This document shows positions 12,721 through 25,698 of a DNA stretch of 64,000 nt, piece by piece. The stretch's first letter is position 1. Each line of letters opens with the position of its first letter. Under the pieces are notes generated by a model. The model was not told the origin of the DNA. It worked only from the letters and a program-made list of their open reading frames with translations, and made no database searches. Made by a program: the position numbers and the translations under genes. Source of the stretch: Octopus bimaculoides (Eukaryota); the NCBI RefSeq assembly GCF_001194135.2, contig NC_068986.1, positions 55,763,942 to 55,827,941 of the forward strand, written 5' to 3'.

Positions 12721-14108
12721 TATGGTTTCCATGATAAAGATCACTCAGCACTTTTTCTTTTTACTTTTTCAATACGTACATATGGAGAGGGGTGTATGTA
12801 CGGGGACGTATGTCTATGTAGATATATATGTGTGTGTGTATGTCTTTGTATTTATGTATGCATATGTCTTTGTATTTATGTGTGCATACACACACATACA
12901 CACGCATGCACGCGCACATTCACACTTTCAATTCCTAACTATTACAAATAAATCGCAACAGAAAACCTATCAACTGATTAATTGGTTGTTTAGTTATAAG
13001 TTGTTGACATATGTTTTATATTATGTTGGGATGGACATTGTACTGAAAGGAGCGATGGACAAACACATTTCAGTTTATGGCTTGTTCACTTTGCTTACAA
13101 ATAAGTACCAAGCGCTCATAAAGTGAAATAAGAAACTAAACGGATCAACATCCAGAACGGTATATTTATATAAAATCTTTGCAATACAAAAACTCCATTA
13201 CCAGAGGCATAGACAATTACAAAAGAAATAACAAAAACATAGTGACCACCAAAGACACAAATAACTACCTGAATTCACATGAAGACAGTGAATGTCAAGG
13301 AAGATACAAAGTGGCATTAATAAAATCTTTAGAGACTTTCCTTCACAATCGAGATACTACTCAGTGAAATCCACTGAATGAAACACAACCTAATTAACGA
13401 GTATTTTAACAAAATGATAAACTAAACCGTAGAACAATAAAAGAAATACGGTAATTACATCAGTCAACGAGTATTTTAACAAACTGATAAGCCAAGTCAA
13501 GGAACAATGCAGTCAGAAATTCGACGCGATAATTACATCAGACAATACACCTATTAAAACTACAGTAGCTGCGCATAAAGTGTATAGTAAGAATCAAATG
13601 TACGCCAACAATAGAGAAGATTAACCCATTATAAACACCTCATAAAACAGAAAACAAGATGCATTACGCCATATCAAAAACTAACACAATATATTACAAA
13701 AACAAATTAAAATGTATCTTATCAATAACAGACCACATGCAAGTAATCCCAGAAATAAACTACTAGTGATCAGTGTGGTTTATTAATTCGATTACAAATG
13801 TGAAAGCTGTAAACTAAGTAACTTCATCTACTATATTGACAATAAAGTGTAATACTCTCCCGCTAGCTGAACATGAATTTATTTACAACAAGGAGCAATT
13901 GCAATAAACAACAGCGCTCTCAACAAAGCAAAACTAAATAGGAAAATAATAGTGGACAACACATTTGTACACTGCCGAATTCTCCACAAAATAGACGATT
14001 AATTATAAATGCAATACTTATAATAGCTCATTGTAGTTTTAATTGCTGACGTGTACGTGCATGTATGTATGTATGCATGTATGTATGTATGCATGCATGC
14101 ATGAATGC

Positions 14109-14144
<36 letters not shown>

Positions 14145-14591
14145 CTATCTATCTACAAACATATTTAGTCTAAAATTTTCGTATTCAACTACTAGAAATT
14201 TAGCTGAGATTTTAGCAGCACATAATATACAGAGATTTAGGGACTATTTCAACTCAAAATCTATAAACAAGAGTGGAATCGATAACGTGTACTGTGAAAT
14301 TAACTCTAATGATAATTTTCCTGTCTTTAAGTAAAAGTAATTCCGACTCTGATAATACAGTTAAGTTAATATCTAGTTTTAATAATGATAATAATAATTT
14401 TAAAAAAAGAGAAAAAAAAAGAAAAAGAAAAAAAAAATCCAAAAGAAAAAGAAAAAGAAATTCAGAAATTCAAAAATCTAACAAAGTGAACATCTTTTCC
14501 TCCTACTATTCCCAAAGACTGGAATATCTACAATTTCCAGTGAATATTTTAAATCTCCCTCAAAATAAAATAAGTTAGGAAACTTACATAC

Positions 14592-14618
14592 CTACAGCTT
14601 TCGAACACAAACAATCAG
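14592..14618 (-). CDS. Gene 2: candidate 27-nt microexon (A)DCLCSKAV
   Basis: Acceptor TTTCTTTTTCTTTTTTTAAG|, donor TAG|GTATGT; only the phase 1/1 frame is open, and it joins exons 20834-20897 and 9552-9622 in frame. Confidence 0.55.
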   Translation of the reverse strand: MIVCVRKL

Positions 14619-15809
14619 CTTAAAAAAAGAAAAAGAAANNNNNNNNNNNNNNNNNNNNNNNNNNNNNNNNNNNNNNNNNNNNNNNNNNNNNNNNNNNNNN
14701 NNNNNNNNNNNNNNNNNNNNNNNNNNNNNNNNNNNNNNNNNNNNNNNNNNNNNNNNNNNNNNNNNNNNNNNNNNNNNNNNNNNNNNNNNNNNNNNNNNNN
14801 NNNNNNNNNNNNNNNNNNNNNNNNNNNNNNNNNNNNNNNNNNNNNNNNNNNNNNNNNNNNNNNNNNNNNNNNNNNNNNNNNNNNNNNNNNNNNNNNNNNN
14901 NNNNNNNNNNNNNNNNNNNNNNNNNNNNNNNNNNNNNNNNNNNNNNNNNNNNNNNNNNNNNNNNNNNNNNNNNNNNNNNNNNNNNNNNNNNNNNNNNNNN
15001 NNNNNNNNNNNNNNNNNNNNNNNNNNNNNNNNNNNNNNNNNNNNNNNNNNNNNNNNNNNNNNNNNNNNNNNNNNNNNNNNNNNNNNNNNNNNNNNNNNNN
15101 NNNNNNNNNNNNNNNNNNNNNNNNNNNNNNNNNNNNNNNNNNNNNNNNNNNNNNNNNNNNNNNNNNNNNNNNNNNNNNNNNNNNNNNNNNNNNNNNNNNN
15201 NNNNNNNNNNNNNNNNNNNNNNNNNNNNNNNNNNNNNNNNNNNNNNNNNNNNNNNNNNNNNNNNNNNNNNNATATTTATATATTATGGGTTTTTTTCTAC
15301 CAGTAATTACAAATAGAACGGGTTGAATTGCTTCTTTTCAAGGCAGCGCTCCCAGTATCCACTGGTAGTAGTAAACACATTTGACCTCTGTTGACCTAAA
15401 AAGTGCGAAGAGTCCTTTGTCTCTATGGCTGACCTCCCCACCATCTGCCGAATCTATTTATAAACCTGTAGAATATGATCTATTCACCAAACTGCTACCC
15501 AACATTTCCCTAAAACAATGGCGGTGGTGGTGACGATGATAATGATAAAAATGAAAATAACAATATGATGTAGCTGCTAATACTAAATACTAATAACACT
15601 ACATTAACACTACAACTACTACTATCATGATAGCACAGGAATTTGAGGCTCAAGTACAACCCTTACCACTACCCCCTACCCTATGCTACTGTTGTTGTTG
15701 CTGCAACTACCGCTGCCACTACACATAAAAACAATAATATCAGTGATATCAGTGATGATAATAATGAAAGGAAACAGGTGGAGCCTCCTCCTCCTCATGA
15801 GCTAATTAA

Positions 15810-16262
15810 TGATACATCTAGCAAAATCTCAACAATGTCTGAGAAGCTCAGGACACAAAGCAGACTGAAGCCTCCCCACCAGAAATTACCAAAAACATAT
15901 AATGAAAAGAAACATAACAAGTAACTGCAGAATATGTGGAGATGGAGTAGAAACAATAAGCCATATTGTCTCTGGCTGCCCAGTCCTGGCTAAGAAAGAA
16001 TATATTCAGTTGGGACCTATATACACTGAAAGTTATATACACTGAAAGTTATGCCAACACTATGGAATAAAAACAGAAAAAAGATGATATAGGCACACGC
16101 CAAAAAAGGTTACAGAAAATGAGAAAGCAACCATACTATGGGATATGCCAATACACACAGAGAAATTAAGGCTAATAGGCCGGATATAGTTGTCAGAGAT
16201 CACGAAGAAAAAAAAATGCTCTCTAATCGATGTATCTATACCAACAGACGACAACGTTTCTC
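15810..16262 (+). mobile_element. 3' fragment of an RLE-type non-LTR retrotransposon (R4/Dong-like)
   Basis: SLPTRNYQKHIMKRNITSNCRICGDGVETISHIVSGCPVLAKKEY (CCHC knuckle) and ILWDMPIHT..IKANRPDIVVRDHEEKK-CSLIDVSIP (restriction-like endonuclease), with stops, frameshifts and a 16-bp tandem duplication. Confidence 0.9.
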
Positions 16263-16534
16263 TACATACATACATAAACCATTGCTTTTCTCTTTTGCAG
16301 ATACCTATCTTTAAATAAGTTAAAATATGTGGCCTATCTGATATTCAAAGTGGATAAATTGTTGACGCGCTGATGGCTAGAGCTTCAGTCTCTAAAATTG
16401 TGGGCTGGCTTAATGTTTTGCGGGATACAGTCTCTAATATCACCTTGACATTCCAAAACCAAGGTGAAAGCAGCTCTGGCAGGCATAAAGCTCACAGAGT
16501 GGGGCTGCCTGAATAGCGAAACGTTTTGTATCTA

Positions 16535-17117
16535 AAAATCGTCGAATCCCGTAAACAAAAGTGACAGCGGATCTAAACAACTAGCTCGATAACCTTGTGT
16601 CAACTAAAACTATTCGTTCTGAGTTCCGTAAATTTAGGAAGCATGCGGTTGCTAAACTTCTCCTGTCCCCCATCAACACTAATAAGCGGGAAAATGGTGT
16701 TTAGACTATTAGGAGTAATAATGGTTCAATGTCAACTTCTCTAATGAATCATCATTCACCCTTTCTACTCACTTCGGGGCGAATTTATGTCCAGAAATAG
16801 AACAAAGAATCCTCAAACCGAACTGTTTTGCTCCAACCATGAAGCGTGGAGATAACTCAGTGATGATTTGAGTAGCCATATCACAGAAGTTTTTTGGTCC
16901 CTTAATTGTTCTCGTGCCAAAGTTAATGCCATGGATTATCTGAATAGTTTGGCTGATCATGTTCATCTAATGGTACAGACATTGTTCCCTGACGGTAGCA
17001 CAATCTTCCACGGCAAGGGCCGATTCATACAGCTATTGTTATTAAAAATTGGTACGTAGAGCACAAAAGTAAAGCAGACCAATTAGATTGGCCGCCGCAA
17101 CATAATCGAACATTTAT
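16535..17117 (+). mobile_element. Degenerate Tc1-like transposase fragment
   Basis: VSTKTIRSEF, FSNESSF (decayed FSDES), GDNSVMI, DYLNSLADHVHLMVQTLFPDGSTIF and LDWPPQ..IIEHL; many disablements. Confidence 0.8.
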
Positions 17118-17335
17118 AAGGCGGCGAGTTGGCAAAATCGTTAGCACGCCGGGTAAAACGCTCAGCAGCATTTTGTCCATTTTTACTTTCTAGGTTGAAA
17201 TTCTGTCAAGGTCGACTTTGCCTTTTATCCTATCGAGGTCGATAAAATAGGTACCAGTTGAACACTGGGGTCGATCTAATCGACTTACCTCTTCCCCCGA
17301 AATTACTGACCTTGTGCCAAAATTTGAAATGAATA
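17118..17335 (+). mobile_element. SINE family B, near full-length
   Basis: Head AAGGCGGCGAGTTGGCAAAATCGTTAGCACGCCGGG, B-box-like GGTTGAAATTC, family body GTCGACTTTGCCTTTTATCC. Confidence 0.85.
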
Positions 17336-18494
17336 TTTGGGCGTAGACTAATCAGTAATGGAGTCAGCACATTTTTCGTGATAATAGTATATAACTGGCC
17401 AAATGGTGGCTGTGTCTATAAATATAACAGTAAATTCGGTCCTAGTCCTTCCTTATCTTTTCCCTGACGAAACCCACATCGGTGTCTTGCGATACGACTT
17501 TATCACTTGCGGAAACAGGGTCTCTGTCGTGAGTTATGAATGTAATTTGGGGTCTATGTTTATATATGATGAGAACACCCTGAAAGCGGAATCCACGAGG
17601 GGGATAAAATAATCAAAACACATACACACACACACACATTCTCTATAGTTATATTATTCTCTTCAGCTGAACCTTTTACTCCCAAAATATGCTTTAGGTC
17701 TATTGTGAAATTCTGTTCCCATAGTTATAGTATGTACATATGATATGATATAATATAATATGATATAATATAACTTATAAGTATAATGTATGTATACATA
17801 CATGTGTATGTGTGTCATCGCAATCCAACAGACACTAACCATCACGTACCACCATCTTACACCAGCCATCATGAAGCGACCATTACAGTACACCACATAC
17901 AAATGATACAATACACTATAAGAACCAACCATCATACAGAAACTATCAGACACCAACCATCACTCACCAATCATCACACAGAAACCATTTGCTTTAATAC
18001 TAATGGTCTTGACCAATTTTGAAAATTCCATATAGAGAAATGCTGCAAGGTAAAAGATTCTACAAGATTCTGAATTGCAGACGTAACCCAATTAGAAACA
18101 AAACTATGCAATGGCTTCTTATAACGAAGCAGTTTGCTCGAGAATGTTGACTAGCTAATATTTTCTTATTCATTCGGTTATTTGATTAATCAATCAGCTT
18201 CTATTTCGCACGTTTGTCGATGTGCAATAAAGATGATTGTTTAGCAACTACGTGATCTTGGGTTCAATCCGGCTACGCAGTACCTTAGGTAAGTGCAGTC
18301 TACTATAGCTTCCGATCAGCCGAAATCTATCTGACGAAATTTGTTAAATAGAAATTGTATAGAGCGTCGAGTCACCGTTTTGTTTGTTATCGACTGACTT
18401 ATGATATCGGAATAAGTGGATAAAAGATTTATTATTCAAGAAGATTTTTTTTTATTTAAGATGATTTAAAAATAAATATCTAAAATAAATATAT

Positions 18495-18928
18495 AGGCGT
18501 AGGAGTGGGTGTGTGGTAAGTAGCTTGCTTACCAACCACATGGTTCCGGGTTCAGTCTCATTGCGTGGCACCTTGGGCAAGTGTCTTCTACTATAGCCTC
18601 GAGCCGACCAAAGCCTTGTGAGTGGATTTGGTAGACGGAAACTGAAAGAAGCCCGTCGTATATATATATNNNNNNNNNNNNNNNNNNNNNNNNNNNNNNN
18701 NNNNNNNNNNNNNNNNNNNNNNNNNNNNNNNNNNNNNNNNNNNNNNNNNNNNNNNNNNNNNNNNNNNNNNNNNNNNNNNNNNNNNNNNNNNNNNNNNNNN
18801 NNNNNNNNNNNNNNNNNNNNNNNNNNNNNNNNNNNNNNNNNNNNNNNNNNNNTCGATTTGCTCGACTAAAGGCGGTACTCCAGCAAGGTCACAGTCAAAT
18901 GAATGAAACAAGTAAAAGAGTAAAAGAG
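18495..18928 (+). mobile_element. tRNA-headed CORE-like SINE (family A) with internal (TA)n running into a gap
   Basis: A-box-like TGGGTGTGTGG, B-box-like GGGTTCAGTC, CORE-like CCTTGGGCAAGTGTCTTCT, tail GAAACAAGTAAAAGAGTAAAAGAG. Confidence 0.9.
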
Positions 18929-19272
18929 TATCTATATATTAGAATAAAAGTTTCGGTAGAATTGTATGTTGGTACTGGGCGTATATGAGAAGCTAGGGTG
19001 TTATGTTTGGCCAATATGACTGGCGGTATTGATGTGTAAGTAGGTAGGAAGCCGTTTTATTATGATCACTGATTGTATCAATAAATGGTTATAGTTATCA
19101 TCATTAATGAAGTATGAATTATTTATTTAAAGTGAATTAAAAGTTATTCACTTATTACAATCAAAGATTCAAACATTTTTATATCTTCTGTTTCACGTCA
19201 TCACCCGGATATTGCTATGGGAAAAGGTTTTGTCCCCAAGTAATTAAAAACGTGGCTTCTACTGTTTATTGA

Positions 19273-19310
<38 letters not shown>

Positions 19311-19534
19311 TGTATAAAGAACCAGTCGTCACTCGCGAATAATTATGGTTTGGAAACATGTACCATGCTTGTGTTTATTATTTTACATGTCTGTGCGTAA
19401 TCGCGAGCAAACATAGGCACCCTCTCGATTCTCCCGCCTTTTGACCCAGCGACACATTCAGGATGTGACAAATGGAGGAAGTGAGCGCTACACCAGTACT
19501 CAGTATTCATTTTCAGGTGAATAAACTGGGCAAC

Positions 19535-19635
19535 GTGAAATTAAGTACCTGCTCAAAGAGACAATGCACCACCCGGTCCTTGAATTGAACCAACGGCATT
19601 ATGATCGTGAGCCTTATATCTTAACCACTAGCGCA
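19535..19635 (-). mobile_element. Degenerate tRNA-like SINE head (similar copy at about 44865-44970)
   Basis: The two copies resemble each other (CCCGGTCC...TTGAA...ATGATC(G/A)TGAGCC). Confidence 0.5.
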
Positions 19636-19666
19636 TTTCCTAATTGTCTGTCTGTCTATCTGTATC

Positions 19667-19771
<105 letters not shown>

Positions 19772-20833
19772 TTAATATTTATGAGTAGTAGTAATTGTAT
19801 AACTTCTGAGTTTCATTGTTATTGGCTTTTCAAAAACTGTTTTGAAAAGCTACTATTGGTGAAACTTGAAAGTAAATAGTTTACTGTTGATAAATATTGT
19901 TTAAACTCTACAGTCAGTATTGAGTCCTTTATTGAGAGTATGTGCAGTGAAGCCATTCTCCCACCAGAGTAAAATATTTCTGTTTTGTTTGAGTTCAAAT
20001 TTTGCTGTGGTCACTTTTATAATCAGGGTAGAAAATTAAGCAGTAGCAATGTACTAATACGAAACGTTTTCTTTTAAGTGTTTCACAGAACATTTTTCAA
20101 AAGAAATTGGAAATAAATTCATTCGGCACCACTTCATTCGCCCTTTTCTGGAAGTACCGATGTGTAGGGGGAAGCACTTAGAAAACAAGTTTTCATTCAA
20201 AGATCGATTCCTTTGATCCATTGATCTATTTCTTCTATTTATTCGCATGTGTAATTTCCTTAAATGTGAAAAAGAATGGATTCTTTTGAAGATTATTTCG
20301 TTTGATAAACTACACGGGGTCTAAAATGCGAGTGTTGTACAAAAGTGGTAAGCTACCGGCTCGTTGAGTCCATGTATAATTTCTTTTTCTCGGTTCAGCT
20401 ATTTCACTGCTTTTATTTCCAACAAAATTCAGTAACGTAAAGAGAAACGGTCTGTGTCAGGCTGATTAGCCCTTGATATATTATATGAAGATGGGATATT
20501 CTGTTGTCATCCAACAATCGATGATAGATTACATGACGTTTTTATTCCAATAGAAAAGTGAATGCCAGCGTGTTTAATCTAATATAGATGCAACATCAAT
20601 TTTCTGGAATCTTTAGTTTCAAAGCCTCCCCAGATTGCTGATACTTTCGGACAAGAAGTCACAACTTGGTCACAACACTCTGAATTAAATACTCTAAATT
20701 TACTTACATAATTAAACGAAATACAAGACTTGTATGTTAGTATAAGTAAGTTTATTAATACTGTACTGTGCAAAGTATTAGTTTGTGCAAGATACCAGTA
20801 AACTACTTTGGAGGCCGCGGAAATTTGAAGTAC

Positions 20834-20897
20834 CTGCTCTTAAATAAATGCAGATTAGAAGAGGTTCTGGTCCATCAATGCTCAGAGAATGGGATAC
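20834..20897 (-). CDS. Gene 2: candidate exon VSHSLSIDGPEPLLICIYLRA
   Basis: AT-rich acceptor TGTACAG|GTATCC, donor GCAG|GTACTT; single open frame (phase 0 to 1) that chains with the 27-nt exon. Both splice sites are only moderate. Confidence 0.45.
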
Positions 20898-21596
20898 CTG
20901 TACATTTAGAAATTTTAATTACTCAAAGTTACATACTGAGTGGTGGGAACGGTCATTAGCATTGCTAATAAGTTTACTCCGCTTCCTCCTATCGTTGATG
21001 AATCGGTCTTCCTCTTAAGTTTACATTTGTGCTTTATCTTTCACTTGTTTCAGTCATTACACTGTGATCATGTTGGGACACCGCCTTGCAGTGTTTAGTC
21101 GAACAAATCGATCTCAGTACTGATTTCTATGTCTGGTACTTATTCTAGCGATCTCTTTTGATGAACAAACTATCACCGGTTGTCAAATAGCGGCGGGTGC
21201 AGAAACACAATCATAAAGACACATACACATGCGCATGCATATATATATATATATATATATANNNNNNNNNNNNNNNNNNNNNNNNNNNNNNNNNNNNNNN
21301 NNNNNNNNNNNNNNNNNNNNNNNNNNNNNNNATTATGTCAGAAAAATGTTATAAAATGTTTTTGGTATATAAACATTGTATTTGGAGAAATAACCGGTTT
21401 CGTGTTGTCTTTTCAAATTTCTCTACTTCATTGTAACATGTTCTCCAAATACAATGTTTATATACCAACACAATTTTATAACATTTTTCTGACATAATTT
21501 AAATATATACTTTAACCATGTAACACAAGCCTTCTGTAGTTTTTTCACTCTTATTATCTTTTATACATCCAACCACGTGCTTTCACATACCAACTT

Positions 21597-21652
<56 letters not shown>

Positions 21653-21799
21653 GTATATATATATAATGTGTGTGTGTGTGTGTGTGTGTATGAACCATAT
21701 AACTATGCAACGCCTATATATTTATATGTGTATGTTTTTTTCTGTTTTGTTTGTTAATTGCTGAGTCTAGGAGAAGAGGCAATGTTGATAGCGTTTGAA

Positions 21800-22765
21800 G
21801 GTCTTCCTGAATCGAAGAAATCGATATCATTAATGTTATTGTTGAACCTCTACTAGTCAACAATTGCGGATAGACATAGGAAGAGATGGAATTCCAGAGG
21901 ATCGAAGGGTGGACTGGGCGTACAAATTAGTGTGAGGTTTGGGAGACACTACAAGAGCAATAAGAAGAGAGGGAGGGATTTGTCTGAAATTCCTTAATAG
22001 AGGTAGCATGAGCCCAACAAGCTAAAAGAGACGGGACCTCTATGGTAGCAGTAGACAAAGCTGAAAAAAGCATCAGAGCGCCTGTGAGCCAGAAATTGGA
22101 GAGTGTGTGTGAGTGAGTCTATGCAAATCAGACGTCTGGCCCTTTTCAGGTTACAGTAAAAAATGACTCTGTATACAGCAGGAGAACCGTCCTAAATATG
22201 AGTGCAATATTCCAACATCGGCCTCATCTGAAGAGAAAGGCCAGTGGTTGGGAGACAGTCCTGGCAGTTGAGGATGTGCTTTCTTCAGGAAAAATCCTCG
22301 GCGATAGTGAGCCCCCAAAATTGAAGCGATTGTAAGGGCTTCATTTGAGTGATTAAGGGATGTGTTGCGATGATGTTTTCTTTGTGATTTGTATTTGTGT
22401 TTCCTTGCAGTAAAAAAAGCAAAACTAATGTAGACTCATTGGAGGATGCTTTCGAAATCTCTGTTCATGGAATCAATGTTGGTTTGGCGCATGGTATCCA
22501 GTTTCGAAGTGGATGACGCATGGTTCTGGAATGTTGAGGACGAATTAAGAGTAGTGATATCTGCGTAGGAGTAGAAGTTGTTGGACCTGGCGGATGATTA
22601 AGTTATTTGTGTATAGAAATGAGTCAGGGATAAAAACGAACCCCGTGGCACCCTAAAGTCGATAGAATGAGGGACAGAAAGAACTTCATATCGACGCACA
22701 CAATGATAGGATGGTACTGAGCTAAGCGATGTAAGAGGTGGGGACCTATAGACGGGTAGTTTCGA
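21800..22765 (-). mobile_element. Degenerate CR1/Jockey-group LINE 3' part (RT)
   Basis: RVPRGSFLS (decayed GVPQGS), YSYADITTL (decayed YADD), QMRPMLEYCTHI and LWNSISSYVYP. Confidence 0.85.
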
Positions 22766-22936
22766 TAATAGTTTGTTTATGTCTCCGTAACTTAATGGTG
22801 CTGCAAAAAGGGGCCGATAGAATAAGTACCCTGCTTTGAAAAGATAAATACTGGGGTTGATTCATTCGACTAAAAGTTCTTTAAGGCGATGCCCCTGCAT
22901 GACCGCCGTTTAATGGCTGAAACAAGTAAAAGATAA

Positions 22937-22984
<48 letters not shown>

Positions 22985-23342
22985 CGTGCGTGCGTGTGCA
23001 TGCATCATATGTGTTGGTATCTATCGTTTTGTATAATTTGTTTATGCTGGTTTGAGTTGTAGAAATTTTTTTCCCATTGTTGATGTTTCTTAGGAATATC
23101 TAACCATGATTTTGTACACTAGAATAACAACTTAGAACAACTAGCAATGTAATATCATCATGAAACACAATAGATAAGTTAGTCTTAATTTATTTAATGC
23201 AGTGAACATTAATAAATTAATTTGAAATAATTATATAGTAAAATAAAGACAAAACAAAAATACTATTTGTCAATGACCAATATTGTTTTAGTTAATTTTT
23301 TTAAACAGCGGAGAAAACTCTAGATGTATTTCGTTATTACAC

Positions 23343-23397
23343 TTTGGCCTCCTCAACGAAGCATAGACTTCGTGTCGAAATAATGATAGCAGAATCA
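23343..23397 (-). CDS. Gene 2: candidate exon (S)DSAIIISTRSLCFVEEAK
   Basis: Acceptor CTTATTTTAG|TGATTC; open phase 2 to 0, but the required donor AAA|GTGTAA is weak and a second frame is also open. Confidence 0.35.
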
Positions 23398-23929
23398 CTA
23401 AAATAAGTGTAAAAGTTTGTGTAGACGCTGGTGTAGGAAATAATATTATTAAAAGCCATCATTTTGTCCATCTATTCTAATGACATTCATCAAAGAAATC
23501 TAACTAAAAATGCTTTCAAATCTATTGTTTTAAGAGACTATTGTTCGAAATGTCTGCATCCCTGGACAGCGTAGTGATTAAGGTTATTTAAGCTAATAGA
23601 CATAGATTTTTGTTGTTATTGTTGTTGAATAATGTTTTAAAAAATATTTTAACATATTTTTCAAATTTCTATTGTCTTCAGTGTTATCTGTGGTGAATGA
23701 CCATTTGAAGATAAAAAAAATAATGCCAACACAAACTATGAATGAAATTAACGATACAACTTACGTAATTAGTGGTCACAGAATAAAATAAATCTTGCCA
23801 CATTGATGATAGAATGCAAAGTGGTGGAGCGGGTGATAGTGCTTCAATTCAAGTTTTTAAAAGAAAAAATGTCTGAAAACATTCATCGAAAGTTATTGCC
23901 AACCAAGTGATTAGATTGCTTTTGATGTA

Positions 23930-24372
23930 GACACAAAGCGAATAGTTTTGAGGTGAGGCGGTTAGTCGTTACTATTGACCCCTAGTAATTGACTGAAACT
24001 TTATTTTATCTACCTCGAAAGGATGAAGGACAATGTTAACCTAGGACGGATTTGAACTCAGAACGAAAAGAACCGGAAACAAATACTGTAAAGATTTCTT
24101 CCGGAGATTTAACAACTTTGTTAATCCTCCTTCTCTCTAGCCAAGTGATTGCATCTGTTTCAAATTTTGGCTCAAGACCAGCACGTTCGGAAAGGTGGTA
24201 AGTCAATTACATCGACTCCAGTGCTCAACTGGTACTTATTTTATCGACCCCAAAAGGATGAAAGGTGAAGTCGACTTCGGCGAAATCTGAACTTAAGAAC
24301 GTAAAGACAAATGAAATGCCGCTAAGCATTTTGTCCGACGTGTTAACGATTCTGCTAGATCGCCGCCTTCCG
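23930..24372 (-). mobile_element. Two tandem SINE family B copies
   Basis: Family body at about 24000-24080 and 24230-24370. Confidence 0.8.
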
Positions 24373-24994
24373 CAACTTAAAATAAAACGAGTTATCACCA
24401 CTGTAACCTGTCTATGTTTCCAATATATACTTCAGCACTGTAAAGTCAAAGAAGACGCCTTTATATTATCATTTCAACTGGTAGAAATAGCAACTTAATC
24501 TCCTTGAAATCACGCTTTACCGTCTTAAAAAGGAAGGAAGCACATAGAAAGCGGTCCTGAGAACGGATGGGGCTCGGTCCGTCACTAGCAAACAAGTAGG
24601 ATTTGCTAGCAGGAGGGGCTATGCCTTCGTTTTCGTTGTATGTGCTTGTGTATTCACCAGCAGACATAATTATCCTCTCAGTACCCTACCATCACAACCT
24701 TGTTGCAGCAGACACTCAATGAGAAGGAGAATACGCTATATGGACCCTAGTATTCTGGTTGGTCGACCCAGGAAGGACAAAAGGACATATCGCAAAGTAT
24801 TTTGTTCGCTGTTCTAACAATTTTATCAGTTAGCAGTCTGGTGCCGGATGTATACGTCACCTGACAAAAGACGTGACGGTCATGGCTTGAACGCATATGA
24901 TCATGGATGTGTTATCTTAAGAATAGAGTTAGAGGTCATCAACAACGACAAAAATGGCAGCAGCAGTAACAACAACAACAACAAGGGTACGTTT

Positions 24995-25215
24995 ACGATA
25001 ACTTTAACCCTGGCCAGTTGTCGACCATTTACGAAGCTCAAATATGGCGCACGTATAATGACACTGCCTCGCTGCAACATATGGAAATATTCGAGAAACA
25101 CTATTCGGAAGCAAATCGTTCGACTCCTTGGTAAATACTTAATAACAAGATATAACTCCTGGCTCGCAAATGTGCTGTTTCTTCTCTCTGCATCTCCTAC
25201 CTGTAAATATTCTGT
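24995..25215 (+). mobile_element. Degenerate CR1/Jockey-group LINE fragment (post-RT region)
   Basis: QLSTIYEAQIW...ASLQHMEIFEKHYSEANR...LARKCAVSSLCISY resembles the LYKAQIRP...LAHRRAVSSLCLFY region of this LINE group. Confidence 0.55.
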
Positions 25216-25441
25216 CACTGATGTATTTTGTGGATATTAGCTGTCATGAAGTGACTTGATGTTGTCGTCCTTGAGTCGTCTTCGTCGTTCGTTGTTGGTG
25301 TTATTTACTCCAAACATGACCATCCATTATATGTATATNNNNNNNNNNNNNNNNNNNNNNNNNNNNNNNNNNNNNNNNNNNNNNNNNNNNNNNNNNNNNN
25401 NNNNNNNNNNNNNNNNNNNNNNNNNNNNNNNNNNNNNNNNN

Positions 25442-25473
<32 letters not shown>

Positions 25474-25512
25474 TCACACGCACATACGCTCACACATATA
25501 TAGACACACATA

Positions 25513-25698
25513 CGAGGTCTGATCAATAAGTAACGAAACTAAAGCACGCAGAGTAAACAACGGAAGTAAGTTAGACAGTTAAAACTTAGTGCACATGCAC
25601 AGCAGAGTTGAAGGTCAATCCGTGCCAAGCGGCTTCATTCTGCGTTCTTTAGCTTCATTACTATGACAACAGTTCGGATACTTATTGATCAGACCACG
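25513..25698. mobile_element. 186-bp mariner-type MITE
   Basis: TIRs CGAGGTCTGATCAATAAGTA and TACTTATTGATCAGACCACG (19/20 match); flanks TA and CA. Confidence 0.85.

Noticed and set aside
17462-17525. CTGACGA...GAAACAGGGTC as a hammerhead
   Set aside because: No stem I pairing and no convincing stem II.
18495-18570. SINE heads as tRNA genes
   Set aside because: A/B-box-like motifs are present, but they continue into SINE body and no complete cloverleaf is evident.
20579-20690. Possible extra gene-2 exon ECCDQVVTSCPK
   Set aside because: In phase with the upstream exon, but its weak phase-0 donor does not fit the next exon and read-through hits a stop; not supportable without RNA data.
24461-24790. 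68-aa minus ORF MSAGEYTSTY... and a short CTAGCAAA/TTTGCTAG hairpin
   Set aside because: No family motif and no usable donor; adjacent sequence (GGTCGACCCAGGAAGGACAAAAGGACATAT) looks like a decayed RTE-type 3' end.
24848-25240. Overlapping 130-aa (+) and 105-aa (-) ORFs in CpG-rich sequence, first taken as exons
   Set aside because: A third frame resembles the post-RT region of CR1/Jockey-group LINEs, which explains the composition; splice sites are weak.
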